Source: an uncultured Gammaproteobacteria bacterium (GTDB taxonomy: Bacteria; Pseudomonadota; Gammaproteobacteria; Steroidobacterales; Rariloculaceae). Taken from it: a DNA stretch of 64,000 nucleotides. Below the pieces are notes generated by a model. The model searched no databases. It was not told the DNA's origin and saw only the letters and a program-made list of their open reading frames with translations. The position numbers and the translations under genes are program-made. Each line of letters begins with the position of its first letter. The stretch's first letter is position 1. The stretch is from the NCBI GenBank assembly GCA_964503125.1, contig CAZCZE010000010.1, positions 10,682 to 74,681 on the forward strand. The letters run 5' to 3'. Below, piece after piece: positions 45,094 through 57,049 of this stretch.

Positions 45094-45120
45094 AAAAAGA
45101 AAACCCCGCGACATGCGGGG
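45094..45120 (-). terminator. Rho-independent terminator of groESL
   Basis: On the minus strand, CCCCGC-ATGTC-GCGGGG is followed by TTTTCTTTTT, about 30 nt after the groEL stop. Confidence 0.7.
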
Positions 45121-45151
45121 CTTCCAGTTCGAGCGTCCGTGCCCGAAAGAC

Positions 45152-46813
<1,662 letters not shown>

Positions 46814-46831
46814 CTAGCGGGGGGAATTCGG

Positions 46832-47122
46832 TTATTTCTCGATCACGGCCATGACGTCGTCTTCGCGCATGACCAGCAGGTCTTCGCCGTCGACCTTGAC
46901 CTCGGTGCCCGTGTATTTGCCGAACAGCACTTTGTCGCCCTTCTTGAGATCGAGCGGGCGGACTTCGCCGTTCTCGAGGATCTTGCCTTTGCCGACCGCG
47001 AGCACTTCGCCCCTGATCGGTTTCTCGGTGGCGGTGTCGGGAATCACGATACCGCCCGGGGACTTACGCTCTTCTTCCATGCGCCGGATCACGACGCGGT
47101 CGTGCAGAGGACGAAGTTTCAT
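46832..47122 (-). CDS. groS: Co-chaperonin GroES
   Basis: 96 aa. [46 protein letters not shown]... Confidence 0.97.
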   Translation of the reverse strand: MKLRPLHDRVVIRRMEEERKSPGGIVIPDTATEKPIRGEVLAVGKGKILENGEVRPLDLKKGDKVLFGKYTGTEVKVDGEDLLVMREDDVMAVIEK

Positions 47123-47185
47123 GAATGCTCTCCCTTTAGTTAAGCATTTGATTTTAGACTGGATTTACTGACCGGGCCGGTTCTG

Positions 47186-47212
47186 TTAGCACTCGGTCGC
47201 AGTGAGTGCCAA
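47186..47212 (-). promoter_or_regulatory. CIRCE operator (HrcA binding site) upstream of groES
   Basis: The plus strand reads TTAGCACTC-GGTCGCAGT-GAGTGCCAA. Against the consensus TTAGCACTC-N9-GAGTGCTAA there is one mismatch. It lies about 65-90 nt upstream of the groES ATG. Confidence 0.85.
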
Positions 47213-47240
47213 TCATATGGATCGAAACGCGGATTGCAAG
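47213..47240 (-). promoter_or_regulatory. Candidate sigma32-type promoter of groESL
   Basis: The minus strand reads CTTGCAA-N13-CCATATGA, compared with CTTGAAA-N13/14-CCCCATNT. It lies immediately upstream of CIRCE. Confidence 0.5.
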
Positions 47241-47320
47241 CCCGCGAGAGGCCTGTCATGACATCGCTCATAACCGGCCGGTATGCTGGCGGCCGTCCAA
47301 CGAGCCAGTGGTACTCCGCA

Positions 47321-47653
47321 ATGCCCGAAGAGACGATGGTCGTCTTGACGACTTGCGGTAATGACGAGGACGCCGGCGCCCTGGCGCGGCTGCTCGTCGA
47401 GCGGCGCCTCGCGGCCTGCGTCAACGCCGTGAGCCAAGTAGCGTCGACCTACCGCTGGAAGGGCGAGGTTCAGCAGGATCGGGAGACTCTGTTGATCATC
47501 AAGACGACGGCCCCGCGGCTCGCCGCGCTGGAGCAGGCGATCCGCGAGCACTCGAAGTACGAGTTGCCCGAGGTCATCGCATTGCCCGTCACGGCGGGTA
47601 CCGCGGACTATCTCGCGTGGGTCGGGGAATCCGTCGCCGAGTTCAAGGACTAA
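47321..47653 (+). CDS. cutA: Divalent-cation tolerance protein CutA
   Basis: Starts at ATG 47321. VVLTTCGNDEDAGALARLLVERRLAACVN...STYRWKGEVQQDRETLLIIKT...HSYELPEVIALPV. Confidence 0.85.
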   Translation: MPEETMVVLTTCGNDEDAGALARLLVERRLAACVNAVSQVASTYRWKGEVQQDRETLLIIKTTAPRLAALEQAIREHSKYELPEVIALPVTAGTADYLAWVGESVAEFKD

Positions 47654-47660
47654 CGCTGTC

Positions 47661-49868
47661 ATGACGCGTTTCGCACCGAGACTGTGGATTGCCTGCCTGG
47701 CGCTCGGCGCCGGCTGCACGTCGCGCGCGCAGCAAGACCCGCCGCCCCCGCCGGAAGAGGTCTTCATTTATACGGTGCGGGCCGACGCGGAGCGCGTCTA
47801 TCTCGACTTCGACGTGCGCGAAGGCTACTACCTGTATAGGTCGCGCTTCGGCTTCGACAGCGCCACGAGCGGCGTCGCGCTCGGCGCCGCGAGGTTCCCG
47901 CGCGGCGAGACCCACACCGACGAGTTCTTCGGCGAGCAGGAAATCTATCGCGGCGAGTTCGCGGTCGCGATTCCCTATCGCCGCTCGGCGCCCGTCGAGC
48001 AACTCGACCTCAAGCTCGAGCTCCAGGGCTGTGCCGACTTCGGGCTCTGCTATTTGCCGCAGGACTGGGACGCGACCGTCGCCTTGCCGCCGGCATCGCT
48101 GTTCGACTTCACGCCGGGAGCGTCGACGGTCGACGGCGACCAGTTGCCCGTCGACGACGCGTTCACGATGAACGCCCGCTTCGACAAGGCGAACGAGCTC
48201 ACGGTCGCCTGGCAGATTGCGCCGGGTTACTACCTGTACCGCGACAAGCTCACGTTCGCCGTCGACGGCGCCATCGGCCTCGGGACGGCGAAGCTGCCCG
48301 AGGGCGTCGCGCACCGCGATGACAACTTCGGCGACGTCGAAGTGTTCTACGACTACGTCGAAGTCAAGGTGCCGTTCTCGCGCGCGAGCCCGGCTGCGCT
48401 CGACGTCACGCTGACGGCCGGATTTCAGGGTTGTAAAGAAGCCAGCATCTGCTATCCGCCCGGCGAGCAGACGATGGCTCTCGTCTTGCCGGCGACGAGC
48501 GAGTTTCCGGCCGCCACGGCACCCGGGGACGGCGAGGAGCTCGTCTCGGAGCAGGACCGGTGGTTCGACCGCGCAGTTGGCGGTTCGTGGTGGCTGTTGC
48601 TCGGTTGGTTCTACATCGGCGGACTCGGGGTCTCGATGACGGGCTGCGTGCTACCGATGGTGCCGATCCTTTCGAGCATCATCGTGGGTCACGGACCGAC
48701 GACGTCGATGCGCAGCTTCCTGCTGTCGCTGAGCTACGTGCTCGGCATGGCCGTGACCTACACGATAGCCGGCGCGATCGCGGCGCTCGTTGGGGGGCAG
48801 GTCCAGGCGATCTTCCAAGAGCCCTGGATCATCAGCTTGTTCGCCGCACTGTTCGTCGGCCTCGCGCTCGGAATGTTCGGCGTATACGACCTGCAGATGC
48901 CGTCGGCGATCCAAACGCGGGTCTCGATGCTCGCAAACCGACAGCGGGGCGGCACGTATGTCGGCACGGCGTTCATCGGCGCGTTGACGTCATTGATCGT
49001 CACCGCGTGCGTCGCTCCCGTGCTTTTCGCCGCGCTCACGGTGATCAGCCAAACCGGCGACGTTGCGCGCGGCGCCGGAGCGCTGTTCGCTCTGAGCATC
49101 GGCATGGGCACGCCGCTCTTGATCGTCGGCGCGTCGGCCGGGTACTTGCTCCCGAGAGTCGGCCCGTGGATGAACACCGTGAAGGCGGCGTTCGGCGTCG
49201 TGATGCTGGGCGTGGCGATCTGGCTGCTCGAAAGGATCCTGCCGGACGCCGTGGGATTGACGCTCTGGGCCTTGCTCGTCTTCTTGACGGGCGTGTTCCT
49301 CGGGGCCTTCGAGGCGTTGCCGGCCGCACCGACTCCGATGCGACGCCTCGCGAAGGGGATCGGCGTGCTGGCCTGCCTCTACGGCGCACTGCTGCTCATC
49401 GGCGCGACCTTGGGCGGCGACGATCCGTTACGCCCATTTCCGCAAGGCGCGACGGGCCGCGTCTCGGCCGGCGGCGAGCTCGCGGCGCGGAGGCAAGACG
49501 GCCTCGAGTTTCGCGATATCGAGACCGTCGCCGAGCTCGACGCAGCGCTCGGCGAAGCCCAGGCCGCGAATCGGCCCGTGATGCTAGACTTCACGGCTGA
49601 GTGGTGTGTCGCCTGCCGCGAGATGGAGGAGTACACGTTCCCCGACGCAGGGGTGATGGGCGCGCTGCAACCGTTTATGTTGTTGCGCGCCGACGTGACG
49701 GATAACAATGACGATGACCAAGCGCTGCTCCAACGTTTCCGCAGCTTCGGGCCGCCGACGATCGCTTTCTTCGACTCCACGGGCGCCGAGCGCGAGAACT
49801 ACAAGCTCGTGGGCTTCGTGCCCGCAGACGAGTTCCGCGACCACGTCCTGCGTCTCGCCGCTCTCTGA
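47661..49868 (+). CDS. dsbD: Thiol:disulfide interchange protein DsbD
   Basis: 735 aa. N-terminal DsbD-alpha-like domain(s) with a QGC...C motif, a multi-TM central domain (CVLPMVP, ACVAPV), and a C-terminal thioredoxin fold (DFTAEWCVACREME). Confidence 0.9.
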   Translation: MTRFAPRLWIACLALGAGCTSRAQQDPPPPPEEVFIYTVRADAERVYLDFDVREGYYLYRSRFGFDSATSGVALGAARFPRGETHTDEFFGEQEIYRGEFAVAIPYRRSAPVEQLDLKLELQGCADFGLCYLPQDWDATVALPPASLFDFTPGASTVDGDQLPVDDAFTMNARFDKANELTVAWQIAPGYYLYRDKLTFAVDGAIGLGTAKLPEGVAHRDDNFGDVEVFYDYVEVKVPFSRASPAALDVTLTAGFQGCKEASICYPPGEQTMALVLPATSEFPAATAPGDGEELVSEQDRWFDRAVGGSWWLLLGWFYIGGLGVSMTGCVLPMVPILSSIIVGHGPTTSMRSFLLSLSYVLGMAVTYTIAGAIAALVGGQVQAIFQEPWIISLFAALFVGLALGMFGVYDLQMPSAIQTRVSMLANRQRGGTYVGTAFIGALTSLIVTACVAPVLFAALTVISQTGDVARGAGALFALSIGMGTPLLIVGASAGYLLPRVGPWMNTVKAAFGVVMLGVAIWLLERILPDAVGLTLWALLVFLTGVFLGAFEALPAAPTPMRRLAKGIGVLACLYGALLLIGATLGGDDPLRPFPQGATGRVSAGGELAARRQDGLEFRDIETVAELDAALGEAQAANRPVMLDFTAEWCVACREMEEYTFPDAGVMGALQPFMLLRADVTDNNDDDQALLQRFRSFGPPTIAFFDSTGAERENYKLVGFVPADEFRDHVLRLAAL

Positions 49869-49951
49869 CGCGGGCATGGACGCGGGCAGGGATGCCCGCG
49901 GTAGAGCAACGCAGGAGCAGTTGCCGGGAGCGGTTGCCGAGGGCGTAAGCC

Positions 49952-50578
49952 GTGGCTAGGTCGCGGCCGACGCTCGTCACGGCCGCGCTCAGCGGCGCGG
50001 CCATTTTGGGGTACCTGACCTACCGCGGCCTGCAACCGGAACCGCCGCTGGCGACCACGGCCGCCGAGTCGGAGACGCCCGCCGCCGCGAGCTCCGGCCC
50101 AAACATGGCCGCCACGTTGCCCGAGTTCTCGCTCGGCAACCTGGCCGGCGAGCCCCAGTCGATCCGCAGTTGGCCGGGCAAACCCTTGCTCATCAATTTC
50201 TGGGCCACGTGGTGCGGGCCTTGCTTGCGCGAGATCCCGATGCTCAAGGAGCTCCAGACCGGCAGGCCCGATCTTAAGGTCGTCGGCATCGCCATCGACA
50301 GGCGCGACGCCGTCGTCGAGTTTGCGGCCAAGATGGATTTCAACTACGCCATCCTCATCGGCCAAAGCGAGGCCTGGGAAGCCGCGGCGGCGCTCGGCGT
50401 CAACATCTACGCCCTGCCGTTCACGGTCTTCGCGGCCGCCGACGGCACGCTGCTGGGCGCCCATATGGGGGAGCTCCACGCCGAGCACCTGGATCGCTTC
50501 CGGGCGGTCGTCGACGACCTCGCCGCCGGCCGAATCACGGTCGAGGCCGCCAAAGAGCGCATCTCTGGGCCGATCTAG
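49952..50578 (+). CDS. TlpA/ResA-like membrane-anchored thiol-disulfide oxidoreductase
   Basis: 208 aa with a GTG start, an N-terminal TM anchor, and the redoxin motif INFWATWCGPCLREIP. Confidence 0.8.
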   Translation: MARSRPTLVTAALSGAAILGYLTYRGLQPEPPLATTAAESETPAAASSGPNMAATLPEFSLGNLAGEPQSIRSWPGKPLLINFWATWCGPCLREIPMLKELQTGRPDLKVVGIAIDRRDAVVEFAAKMDFNYAILIGQSEAWEAAAALGVNIYALPFTVFAAADGTLLGAHMGELHAEHLDRFRAVVDDLAAGRITVEAAKERISGPI

Positions 50579-50660
50579 CGCGATTGTTGCGGCATAGTGC
50601 CGCTAATTGCGGCGAAAAAGGGTAAACTCGGCGGCATCGGCCCCGTTAGGGTATTGCCCA

Positions 50661-51110
50661 ATGGCCCGTCTTCTGCTGCTAAATGGCCCGAACCTCGGCC
50701 AACTGGGCCGCCGTGAGCCCGGCGTCTACGGCACCGCCTCCCTGGCAGACATCGAAACGACCCTGCGCGCCCAGGCCACCGCAGCCGGCCACGACCTCGT
50801 CACGTTCCAGAGCGACTCCGAGGCCGATCTCATCGGGCGCATCCACGCGGCCCGGGACGAGCAGGTCGCCGTCATTCTGTTCAATCCGGCAGCCTTCACG
50901 CATACCAGCATCGCGCTGCGCGACGCCCTGCTCGCTGCGCAGGTTCCGTTCATCGAGCTGCATCTGTCGAACGTCGCGGCCCGCGAGGCGTTCCGGCACC
51001 AGTCCTATTTCGCCGACATCGCACTCGGCACGATCGCGGGCTTCGGCGTCACGAGCTACGAGCTCGCGTTGACCGCCGCGATCCGCCACTTGAGCAAACG
51101 GGGTAAGTGA
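50661..51110 (+). CDS. aroQ: Type II 3-dehydroquinate dehydratase
   Basis: [24 protein letters not shown]..., [30 protein letters not shown] and [16 protein letters not shown]. Confidence 0.9.
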   Translation: MARLLLLNGPNLGQLGRREPGVYGTASLADIETTLRAQATAAGHDLVTFQSDSEADLIGRIHAARDEQVAVILFNPAAFTHTSIALRDALLAAQVPFIELHLSNVAAREAFRHQSYFADIALGTIAGFGVTSYELALTAAIRHLSKRGK

Positions 51111-51556
51111 TGGACATACGAAAAGTAAAAAAACTCATCGAGCTGCTCGAGGAATCGGGGGTCTCGGAGATCGAGATCTCGGAAGGCGAAGAGTCCGTCA
51201 GGATCAGCCGCTACCCCAAGACCGGCGCGATCACCGTCGCCCCGGCAGCGCAGACCGCGGCGCCGGCGCCGCCGGCCGCCCCGGCAGCGCCCGCCACGGC
51301 GGCGGCTAGCCCCGTGCGCGGCCAGCAGGTCACGGCGCCCATGGTCGGCACGTTCTACAGCGGTCCGGCACCCGGCGCGAAACCGTTCGTGGAGATCGGC
51401 ACCGAGGTCAAGCCCGGCGACACGCTCTGCGTCATCGAAGCCATGAAGATGATGAACCAGATCGAGTCGGAGTTCGCCGGCCGCATCGTCAGCATCCTCA
51501 TCGAGAACGGCAGCCCGGTCGAGTTCGGCCAGACGCTGTTCGTCATCGAAGAATAG
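51110..51556 (+). CDS. accB: Biotin carboxyl carrier protein of acetyl-CoA carboxylase
   Basis: [34 protein letters not shown] is nearly identical to the E. coli AccB N-terminus. The biotinylation motif EAMKMMN is present. The ATG overlaps the aroQ TGA. Confidence 0.92.
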   Translation: MDIRKVKKLIELLEESGVSEIEISEGEESVRISRYPKTGAITVAPAAQTAAPAPPAAPAAPATAAASPVRGQQVTAPMVGTFYSGPAPGAKPFVEIGTEVKPGDTLCVIEAMKMMNQIESEFAGRIVSILIENGSPVEFGQTLFVIEE

Positions 51557-51578
51557 CGGGCGCACGAGCCCCCATAAC

Positions 51579-52922
51579 ATGCTCGACAAAGTTCTGATCG
51601 CCAACCGCGGCGAGATCGCACTTCGCATCTTCCGGGCCTGTCGCGAGCTCGGCATCAAGACCGTGGCCGTCCATTCGACGGCGGACACGACGCTCAAGCA
51701 CGTGTTGCTCGCCGACGAAACCGTCTGCATCGGCCCTCCCCGCTCGCAGCAGAGCTATCTCAACATGCCCGCGATCATCGCGGCCGCCGAAGTGACGGAC
51801 GCGGTCGCGATCCATCCTGGCTACGGCTTCCTATCCGAGAACGCCGACTTCGCCGAGCGCGTCGAGGAGAGCGGCTTCATCTTCATCGGCCCCAAGCCCG
51901 AAACGATTCGCCTCATGGGCGACAAGGTGTCGGCCATCAAGACGATGAGCGAGGCCGGCGTATCCTGCGTGCCGGGCTCGGACGGCCCGCTCGGCGACGA
52001 TCCGGAGGTGAACGCGCGGCTCGCGCGCGAGATCGGTTACCCCGTGATCATCAAGGCCGCGGCCGGCGGCGGCGGCCGCGGTATGCGCGTCGTCCACAGC
52101 GACGCCGCACTGTTCAACGCTGTCGCCATCACGCGCGCCGAGGCCCTGTCCGCGTTCGCTAACGATCAGGTCTACATGGAGAAGTTCCTCGATCACCCGC
52201 GCCACATCGAGTTTCAGGTGCTCGCCGACAGCCACGGCAACGCCGTGCACCTGGGCGAGCGCGACTGCTCGATGCAACGGCGTCACCAGAAAGTCGTCGA
52301 GGAATCGCCGGCCCCTGGTCTCGCCGAGGAGGAGCGACGGACCATGGGCCAACGTTGCGTCGAGGCCTGCCTCAAGATCGGCTATCGCGGCGCGGGCACG
52401 TTCGAGTTCCTCTACCAGGACGGCCAGTTCTTCTTCATCGAGATGAATACGCGCGTCCAGGTGGAGCACCCCGTCACGGAGCTCGTCACGGGCATCGACA
52501 TCGTCAAGATGCAGCTCGCGATCGCGGCCGGCGAGCGCCTAGCGTTCACGCAGGACGATGTCCGCTTGCGGGGCCATGCCATCGAGTGCCGCATCAATGC
52601 CGAGGATCCGAAGACGTTCGTGCCCTCACCGGGCACCGTGAGCCTCTGGCATCCGCCGGGCGGACCGGGCATTCGTGTCGATAGCCACATGTACAGCGGT
52701 TATTCCGTGCCACCCTACTACGACTCGCTGATCGCGAAGGTCATCGCACACGGCGAGCATCGGCGTGCCGCCGTCGCGCGCATGACGACGGCGCTCCAGG
52801 AAATCGTCGTCGATGGCATCAACACGAACATCCCGCTGCACCAGGAGATCTTTCAGCACGGGGCGTTCAAAGCCGGCGGCACCGACATTCACTACCTCGA
52901 GCGCCGCCTCGGCTTGAAGTAG
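51579..52922 (+). CDS. accC: Biotin carboxylase
   Basis: 447 aa. [36 protein letters not shown]... plus the ATP-grasp body. Confidence 0.95.
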   Translation: MLDKVLIANRGEIALRIFRACRELGIKTVAVHSTADTTLKHVLLADETVCIGPPRSQQSYLNMPAIIAAAEVTDAVAIHPGYGFLSENADFAERVEESGFIFIGPKPETIRLMGDKVSAIKTMSEAGVSCVPGSDGPLGDDPEVNARLAREIGYPVIIKAAAGGGGRGMRVVHSDAALFNAVAITRAEALSAFANDQVYMEKFLDHPRHIEFQVLADSHGNAVHLGERDCSMQRRHQKVVEESPAPGLAEEERRTMGQRCVEACLKIGYRGAGTFEFLYQDGQFFFIEMNTRVQVEHPVTELVTGIDIVKMQLAIAAGERLAFTQDDVRLRGHAIECRINAEDPKTFVPSPGTVSLWHPPGGPGIRVDSHMYSGYSVPPYYDSLIAKVIAHGEHRRAAVARMTTALQEIVVDGINTNIPLHQEIFQHGAFKAGGTDIHYLERRLGLK

Positions 52923-52935
52923 GCCGCGACTCGCC

Positions 52936-53808
52936 GTGAGTTTTCTTGTGCTGACGTTGCGAGCCTCCGCGATTGTGGTGCCGCGCGCCGAGGCGCTGCT
53001 CGAGCTCGCGGGCGCAGAATCGGTCTCGCTGCACGACGCGGCCGACGACCCCGTGCTCGAGCCCGAGCCCAACACGGCGCCGCTGTGGCCGAACGTCGAG
53101 CTGCGAGCGTTGTTCCCCGCCGGCGCCGATCTCGGCGCGCTGCGGGCGCTGCTCGCCGGCTCGTGCGCCGCGGTAGGAATCGCGGTCAGCGTGCTCGACG
53201 ACGAGGACTGGCGCGCCGGGATCGAACAGCGCTTCGCGGCGCGGCCGATCGGCCGCCGGCTGTGGCTCGCGCCCGCTGCGGACGCAGCCGTACCCCAAGG
53301 CCGGGCCGCGGTGCGGCTACACATGGGTTTCGCGTTCGGCACGGGCGAGCACCCGACGACGGCGCTCTGTCTCGATTGGCTCGACGCCCACACGACCCCC
53401 GGCGCGACGGTCTTGGACTACGGCTGTGGCTCGGGCATCCTCGCGCTCGCGGCGCTCGCGCTCGGCGCAGGGGCGGCCTGGGCAACCGACAACGACCCAC
53501 AGGCGCTGCTCGCGGCGCGCCGCAACGCCGTGCTGAACGGCGCCGCGGAACGGCTCCACGTCTGCGCACCGGAGGACCTGCACGCGCCCGCCGTCGACGT
53601 GCTCGTCGCCAACATCCTCGCGCGTCCGCTGATCGAGCTCGCGCCTACGCTCGCGCCGCGCGTGCGGCCCGGCGGCCGGCTCGTGCTGGCCGGCATTCTC
53701 GCGAGGCAAGCCGATGACGTGGCCACCGCCTACGCCCCCCACTTCGTCGGCTTCGAGCAAGCCGCGCACGACGGCTGGGTACGGCTCGCGGCCGTCCGGA
53801 CGAGTTAA
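52936..53808 (+). CDS. prmA: Ribosomal protein L11 methyltransferase
   Basis: 290 aa with a GTG start. Contains FGTGEHPTTALCLDWL, the SAM motif VLDYGCGSGILA, and ANILA. Confidence 0.85.
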   Translation: MSFLVLTLRASAIVVPRAEALLELAGAESVSLHDAADDPVLEPEPNTAPLWPNVELRALFPAGADLGALRALLAGSCAAVGIAVSVLDDEDWRAGIEQRFAARPIGRRLWLAPAADAAVPQGRAAVRLHMGFAFGTGEHPTTALCLDWLDAHTTPGATVLDYGCGSGILALAALALGAGAAWATDNDPQALLAARRNAVLNGAAERLHVCAPEDLHAPAVDVLVANILARPLIELAPTLAPRVRPGGRLVLAGILARQADDVATAYAPHFVGFEQAAHDGWVRLAAVRTS

Positions 53809-53859
53809 CGGCGCGGAGAACCGCTAGAATCGGCGCGTTAAAGAGCCTAAGCGGCCGCC

Positions 53860-54867
53860 ATGTTGCTCACGCGCTGCCCCGACTGCGACACGACCTTTCG
53901 CGTCACCGACGAAACCCTGAAAAAGGCCAACGGCCAGGTTCGGTGCGGACGGTGCGCGAGTGTGTTCAACGCGTACGCCGAGCTGCAAGACCCCGGCTCG
54001 AAGTCGTTCGATGCGCCGCCGCCGAGCGTGCCCACGACGCCGCGGCGCGCCGAGCCGGCCGCGGCCGCCCCCATCGAGCTGCCGGCCGACGAGACACCGG
54101 CTGCCGCACCGGAGACGGCCGCCGAGAGCATCGCAACGCGCACGATCGCCGCAGTCGTCGCCGAAGCGGCGATCGCGGAGACCGAGGAGCGCGACGCGGA
54201 AAGCGAATCGAGTACCGCGGGCCAAGACCTCGATCCCATCAGCGCGCTGCAAGTCGACGAGGTGCTCACGGTGACCGTGAGCGCGGCGCCCGCGGACGGC
54301 CCGCAACCGTGGCCCGCTTTCGGCACGGAGCGCGAACGCAAGCCTGCGAGCCGCTGGTGGAGCGCGGCGGCCGTGTTCGCGCTGCTCGCGCTCGGCGCAC
54401 AGGCCGTGCACCACTTTCGTGCCGACCTCGCGGGCCATGCGACGTTCGGTCCGCCGATTCGGAACGCTTACGCGCTGGTCGGCACCGAGATCGAGCCGCG
54501 CTGGGACGTGCGGCAATACGAGATCCTCGATTGGGTCGCGACCGCCGAGCCGAACGCGCGCGGGCTCGGCAGTTTGAAGATCACGGCACGGATCCAGAAC
54601 CGCGGGCTGCTTCGGCAACCGTATCCGGCCGTGCAGCTGCGCCTCAAGGATCGTTGGGACAAAGCCGTGAGCAGCCGCATGTTCACGCCCGCGGAATACT
54701 TGCCGCGCGAGTCGCCGCGCGAGCGGTTGATGGCGCCGGGCGAGACGACGCGCGCCGAGATGGAAGTCGTCGATCCCGGTCCCGACGCGTACGGATTCGA
54801 GCTCGATGTTTGCATCGAAGTCGAAGCTTCACTAGTAACCTGCGGTACCGACGAAGTATTTCTGTGA
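53860..54867 (+). CDS. Zinc-ribbon plus DUF3426-type membrane protein
   Basis: N-terminal MLLTRCPDCDTTFRVTDETLKKANGQVRCGRCASVFNA (MJ0042-type zinc ribbon), a low-complexity linker, one TM segment, and a C-terminal beta-rich domain. It occupies the same position after prmA as in Pseudomonas. Confidence 0.75.
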   Translation: MLLTRCPDCDTTFRVTDETLKKANGQVRCGRCASVFNAYAELQDPGSKSFDAPPPSVPTTPRRAEPAAAAPIELPADETPAAAPETAAESIATRTIAAVVAEAAIAETEERDAESESSTAGQDLDPISALQVDEVLTVTVSAAPADGPQPWPAFGTERERKPASRWWSAAAVFALLALGAQAVHHFRADLAGHATFGPPIRNAYALVGTEIEPRWDVRQYEILDWVATAEPNARGLGSLKITARIQNRGLLRQPYPAVQLRLKDRWDKAVSSRMFTPAEYLPRESPRERLMAPGETTRAEMEVVDPGPDAYGFELDVCIEVEASLVTCGTDEVFL

Positions 54868-55083
54868 CGCGTCGTCGCACGCGAAACCGCGAGCAATTTT
54901 TCGCTGCTGCCGTGCTATGATCGCGCCACCCTGAGTCGGTACTTCTACTGCAAGAAACGGGGTTAGCGTCAAACGATCGGCCACCTGGCATACGCCGGGG
55001 CAAGACTGCTTTCGCATTGCGGTCCGATCGCGAACGCTACAGTGGATGTCGACTCAGCGGCGTGGACGTTCTAGGGGGAGAAC

Positions 55084-55404
55084 GTGATGAGGGCCATGAC
55101 GAGCAACAAAAAAACTTCGCGCAAGAAAACGAAGCGCACGACGACGCATGCCGTGCACGTGACAGGGCGCAGCAGACCCTTAAGTAGCCTCGCCGACGAG
55201 TGCCTGGTCAGCTACTTCGAGAGCTTGAACGGCCACAAGCCCGGCGACCTCTACCAGCTCGTCATCGGCGAGGTCGAAAAACCCTTGTTCCGCGCCGTTT
55301 TGGGCTATACCAAGGGCAACCAAAGCGAGGCTGCCGAGATCCTCGGCATCAACCGCGGGACGCTGCGCAAGAAGCTCAAAGACTACAAGCTTCAGGGTCG
55401 ATGA
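55084..55404 (+). CDS. fis: DNA-binding protein Fis
   Basis: C-terminal [29 protein letters not shown], preceded by [18 protein letters not shown]. The exact start is uncertain (GTG 55084, ATG 55087 or ATG 55096). Confidence 0.85.
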   Translation: MMRAMTSNKKTSRKKTKRTTTHAVHVTGRSRPLSSLADECLVSYFESLNGHKPGDLYQLVIGEVEKPLFRAVLGYTKGNQSEAAEILGINRGTLRKKLKDYKLQGR

Positions 55405-57032
55405 GCGCCCGCCGCAGGACGCCGCGCAAGACCGCTCCCACACCCTCGGCCGGCGCCCAGCGCCGCAGAGAGGCCACGCCTCGCCGCGCGCTCCTGAGCG
55501 TTGCAGACAAGCAAGGCCTCGTGCCGTTCGCTACGGCGCTCGCGCGGCTCGGCTTCGAAATCGTCTCGACGGGCGGCACGGCGAAGGCGTTGCGCGCCTC
55601 CGGTGTCCCCGTCACGGACGTCGCCGCGATCACGGGATTCCCCGAGATCATGGACGGCCGCGTGAAGACCCTGCACCCGCACGTTCACGGCGGCCTGTTG
55701 GCCCGCCGCGGCGTCGACGACGCCGCGCTCGCAACGCACGGCATCGGCGTCATCGACGTGCTGGTCGTCAACCTCTACCCGTTCGAAGCGACGACGGCGC
55801 GGCCCGATTGCACGGATGCCGAGGCCATCGAGAACATCGACGTCGGCGGCCCCGCGATGCTGCGCGCCGCAGCGAAGAATCACGAGCACGTCACGGTCGT
55901 CGTGGACCACAGGGACTACGAGCCCGTGCTCGCGGCGCTCGCCGACGGCCCCATCCCCGCGGCGCTGCGCCGGCAGCTCGCGATCAAAGCCTTCGGCCAC
56001 ACGGCGCGCTACGACGCCGCGATCAGCCACTATCTGCGAGCGCACAGCACCGCGCCCGACGACTGGGCGAATCCGCTGCTGCTCGGCTTCGAGCTCGGGC
56101 AACCGTTGCGCTACGGCGAGAATCCGCATCAACGCGCAGCGCTCTACCGCACGCCCGAGCAGCTGCCGGGCTCGGTCGCCCACGCGGCGCAGCTCCAGGG
56201 CAAGGAGCTGTCGTTCAACAACCTCGTCGACGCCGACGCCGCCGCTCAGGCCGTCAGGGCGTTCGACGCGGCGGCCTGCGTCATCGTCAAGCATGCAAAC
56301 CCGTGCGGCGTGGCCACGGCGGCCACACCCGTCAAGGCCTATGAGCTCGCCTACCGCACCGATCCGACATCGGCGTTCGGCGGCGTGATCGCCTTCAATC
56401 GGCCCCTCGACGAGGCGACCGCCGAGGCGATCGTCGGCCGGCAGTTCGCCGAGGTCGTCGTCGCCCCCGAGGTCCTCGAGGCGGCGCGCACCGCGCTGGC
56501 CAAGAAGCCGGCCATCCGCGTGCTCGCAACGGGTTGGCCGCGCGCGTCGACGACGGGCCGAGGGCCGAGCCTCGAGCTCAAGACCATCGAAGGCGGCCTG
56601 CTCGCGCAGGACGCGGACTTGGGCCGCGTCGATCTCGCGGCGGCAAAGGTCGTCACGAAGCGCGCGCCGACCGCGGCCGAGCTCCGCGACCTCAAATTCG
56701 CGTGGACCGTCGTCAAATACGTCAAATCGAATGCGATCGTGCTCGCGCGCGACGGCGCCACGGTCGGCATCGGCGCCGGCCAGCCGAGCCGCGTCATGAG
56801 CGCGCGCATCGCCGCGCTCAAAGCCGAGGAGGCCAAGCTCGAGGTGCCGGGCGCAGTGCTCGCGTCGGACGCGTTCTTTCCGTTTCGCGACGGCGTCGAT
56901 GCGGCCGCCGAGCGCGGCGTGCGCGCCATCGTCCAGCCCGGCGGCTCGCTGCGCGACGACGAGGTCGTGCGCGCAGCCGACGAGCTCGGGCTAGCGATGG
57001 TCTTCACGGGCATGCGCCACTTTCGCCACTGA
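55401..57032 (+). CDS. purH: Bifunctional AICAR transformylase / IMP cyclohydrolase
   Basis: [60 protein letters not shown] and the C-terminal GMRHFRH. The ATG overlaps the fis TGA. It has an N-terminal extension of about 20 aa relative to E. coli. Confidence 0.93.
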   Translation: MSARRRTPRKTAPTPSAGAQRRREATPRRALLSVADKQGLVPFATALARLGFEIVSTGGTAKALRASGVPVTDVAAITGFPEIMDGRVKTLHPHVHGGLLARRGVDDAALATHGIGVIDVLVVNLYPFEATTARPDCTDAEAIENIDVGGPAMLRAAAKNHEHVTVVVDHRDYEPVLAALADGPIPAALRRQLAIKAFGHTARYDAAISHYLRAHSTAPDDWANPLLLGFELGQPLRYGENPHQRAALYRTPEQLPGSVAHAAQLQGKELSFNNLVDADAAAQAVRAFDAAACVIVKHANPCGVATAATPVKAYELAYRTDPTSAFGGVIAFNRPLDEATAEAIVGRQFAEVVVAPEVLEAARTALAKKPAIRVLATGWPRASTTGRGPSLELKTIEGGLLAQDADLGRVDLAAAKVVTKRAPTAAELRDLKFAWTVVKYVKSNAIVLARDGATVGIGAGQPSRVMSARIAALKAEEAKLEVPGAVLASDAFFPFRDGVDAAAERGVRAIVQPGGSLRDDEVVRAADELGLAMVFTGMRHFRH

Positions 57033-57049
57033 CGCATCGGGGGAGCGCA

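Noticed and set aside
49869-49900. A 9-bp hairpin, CGCGGGCAT…ATGCCCGCG, right after dsbD, considered as a terminator.
   Set aside because: No U-tract follows, and the tlpA-like gene starts 50 nt later in the same orientation. It may be an mRNA-stabilising stem or a coincidence.
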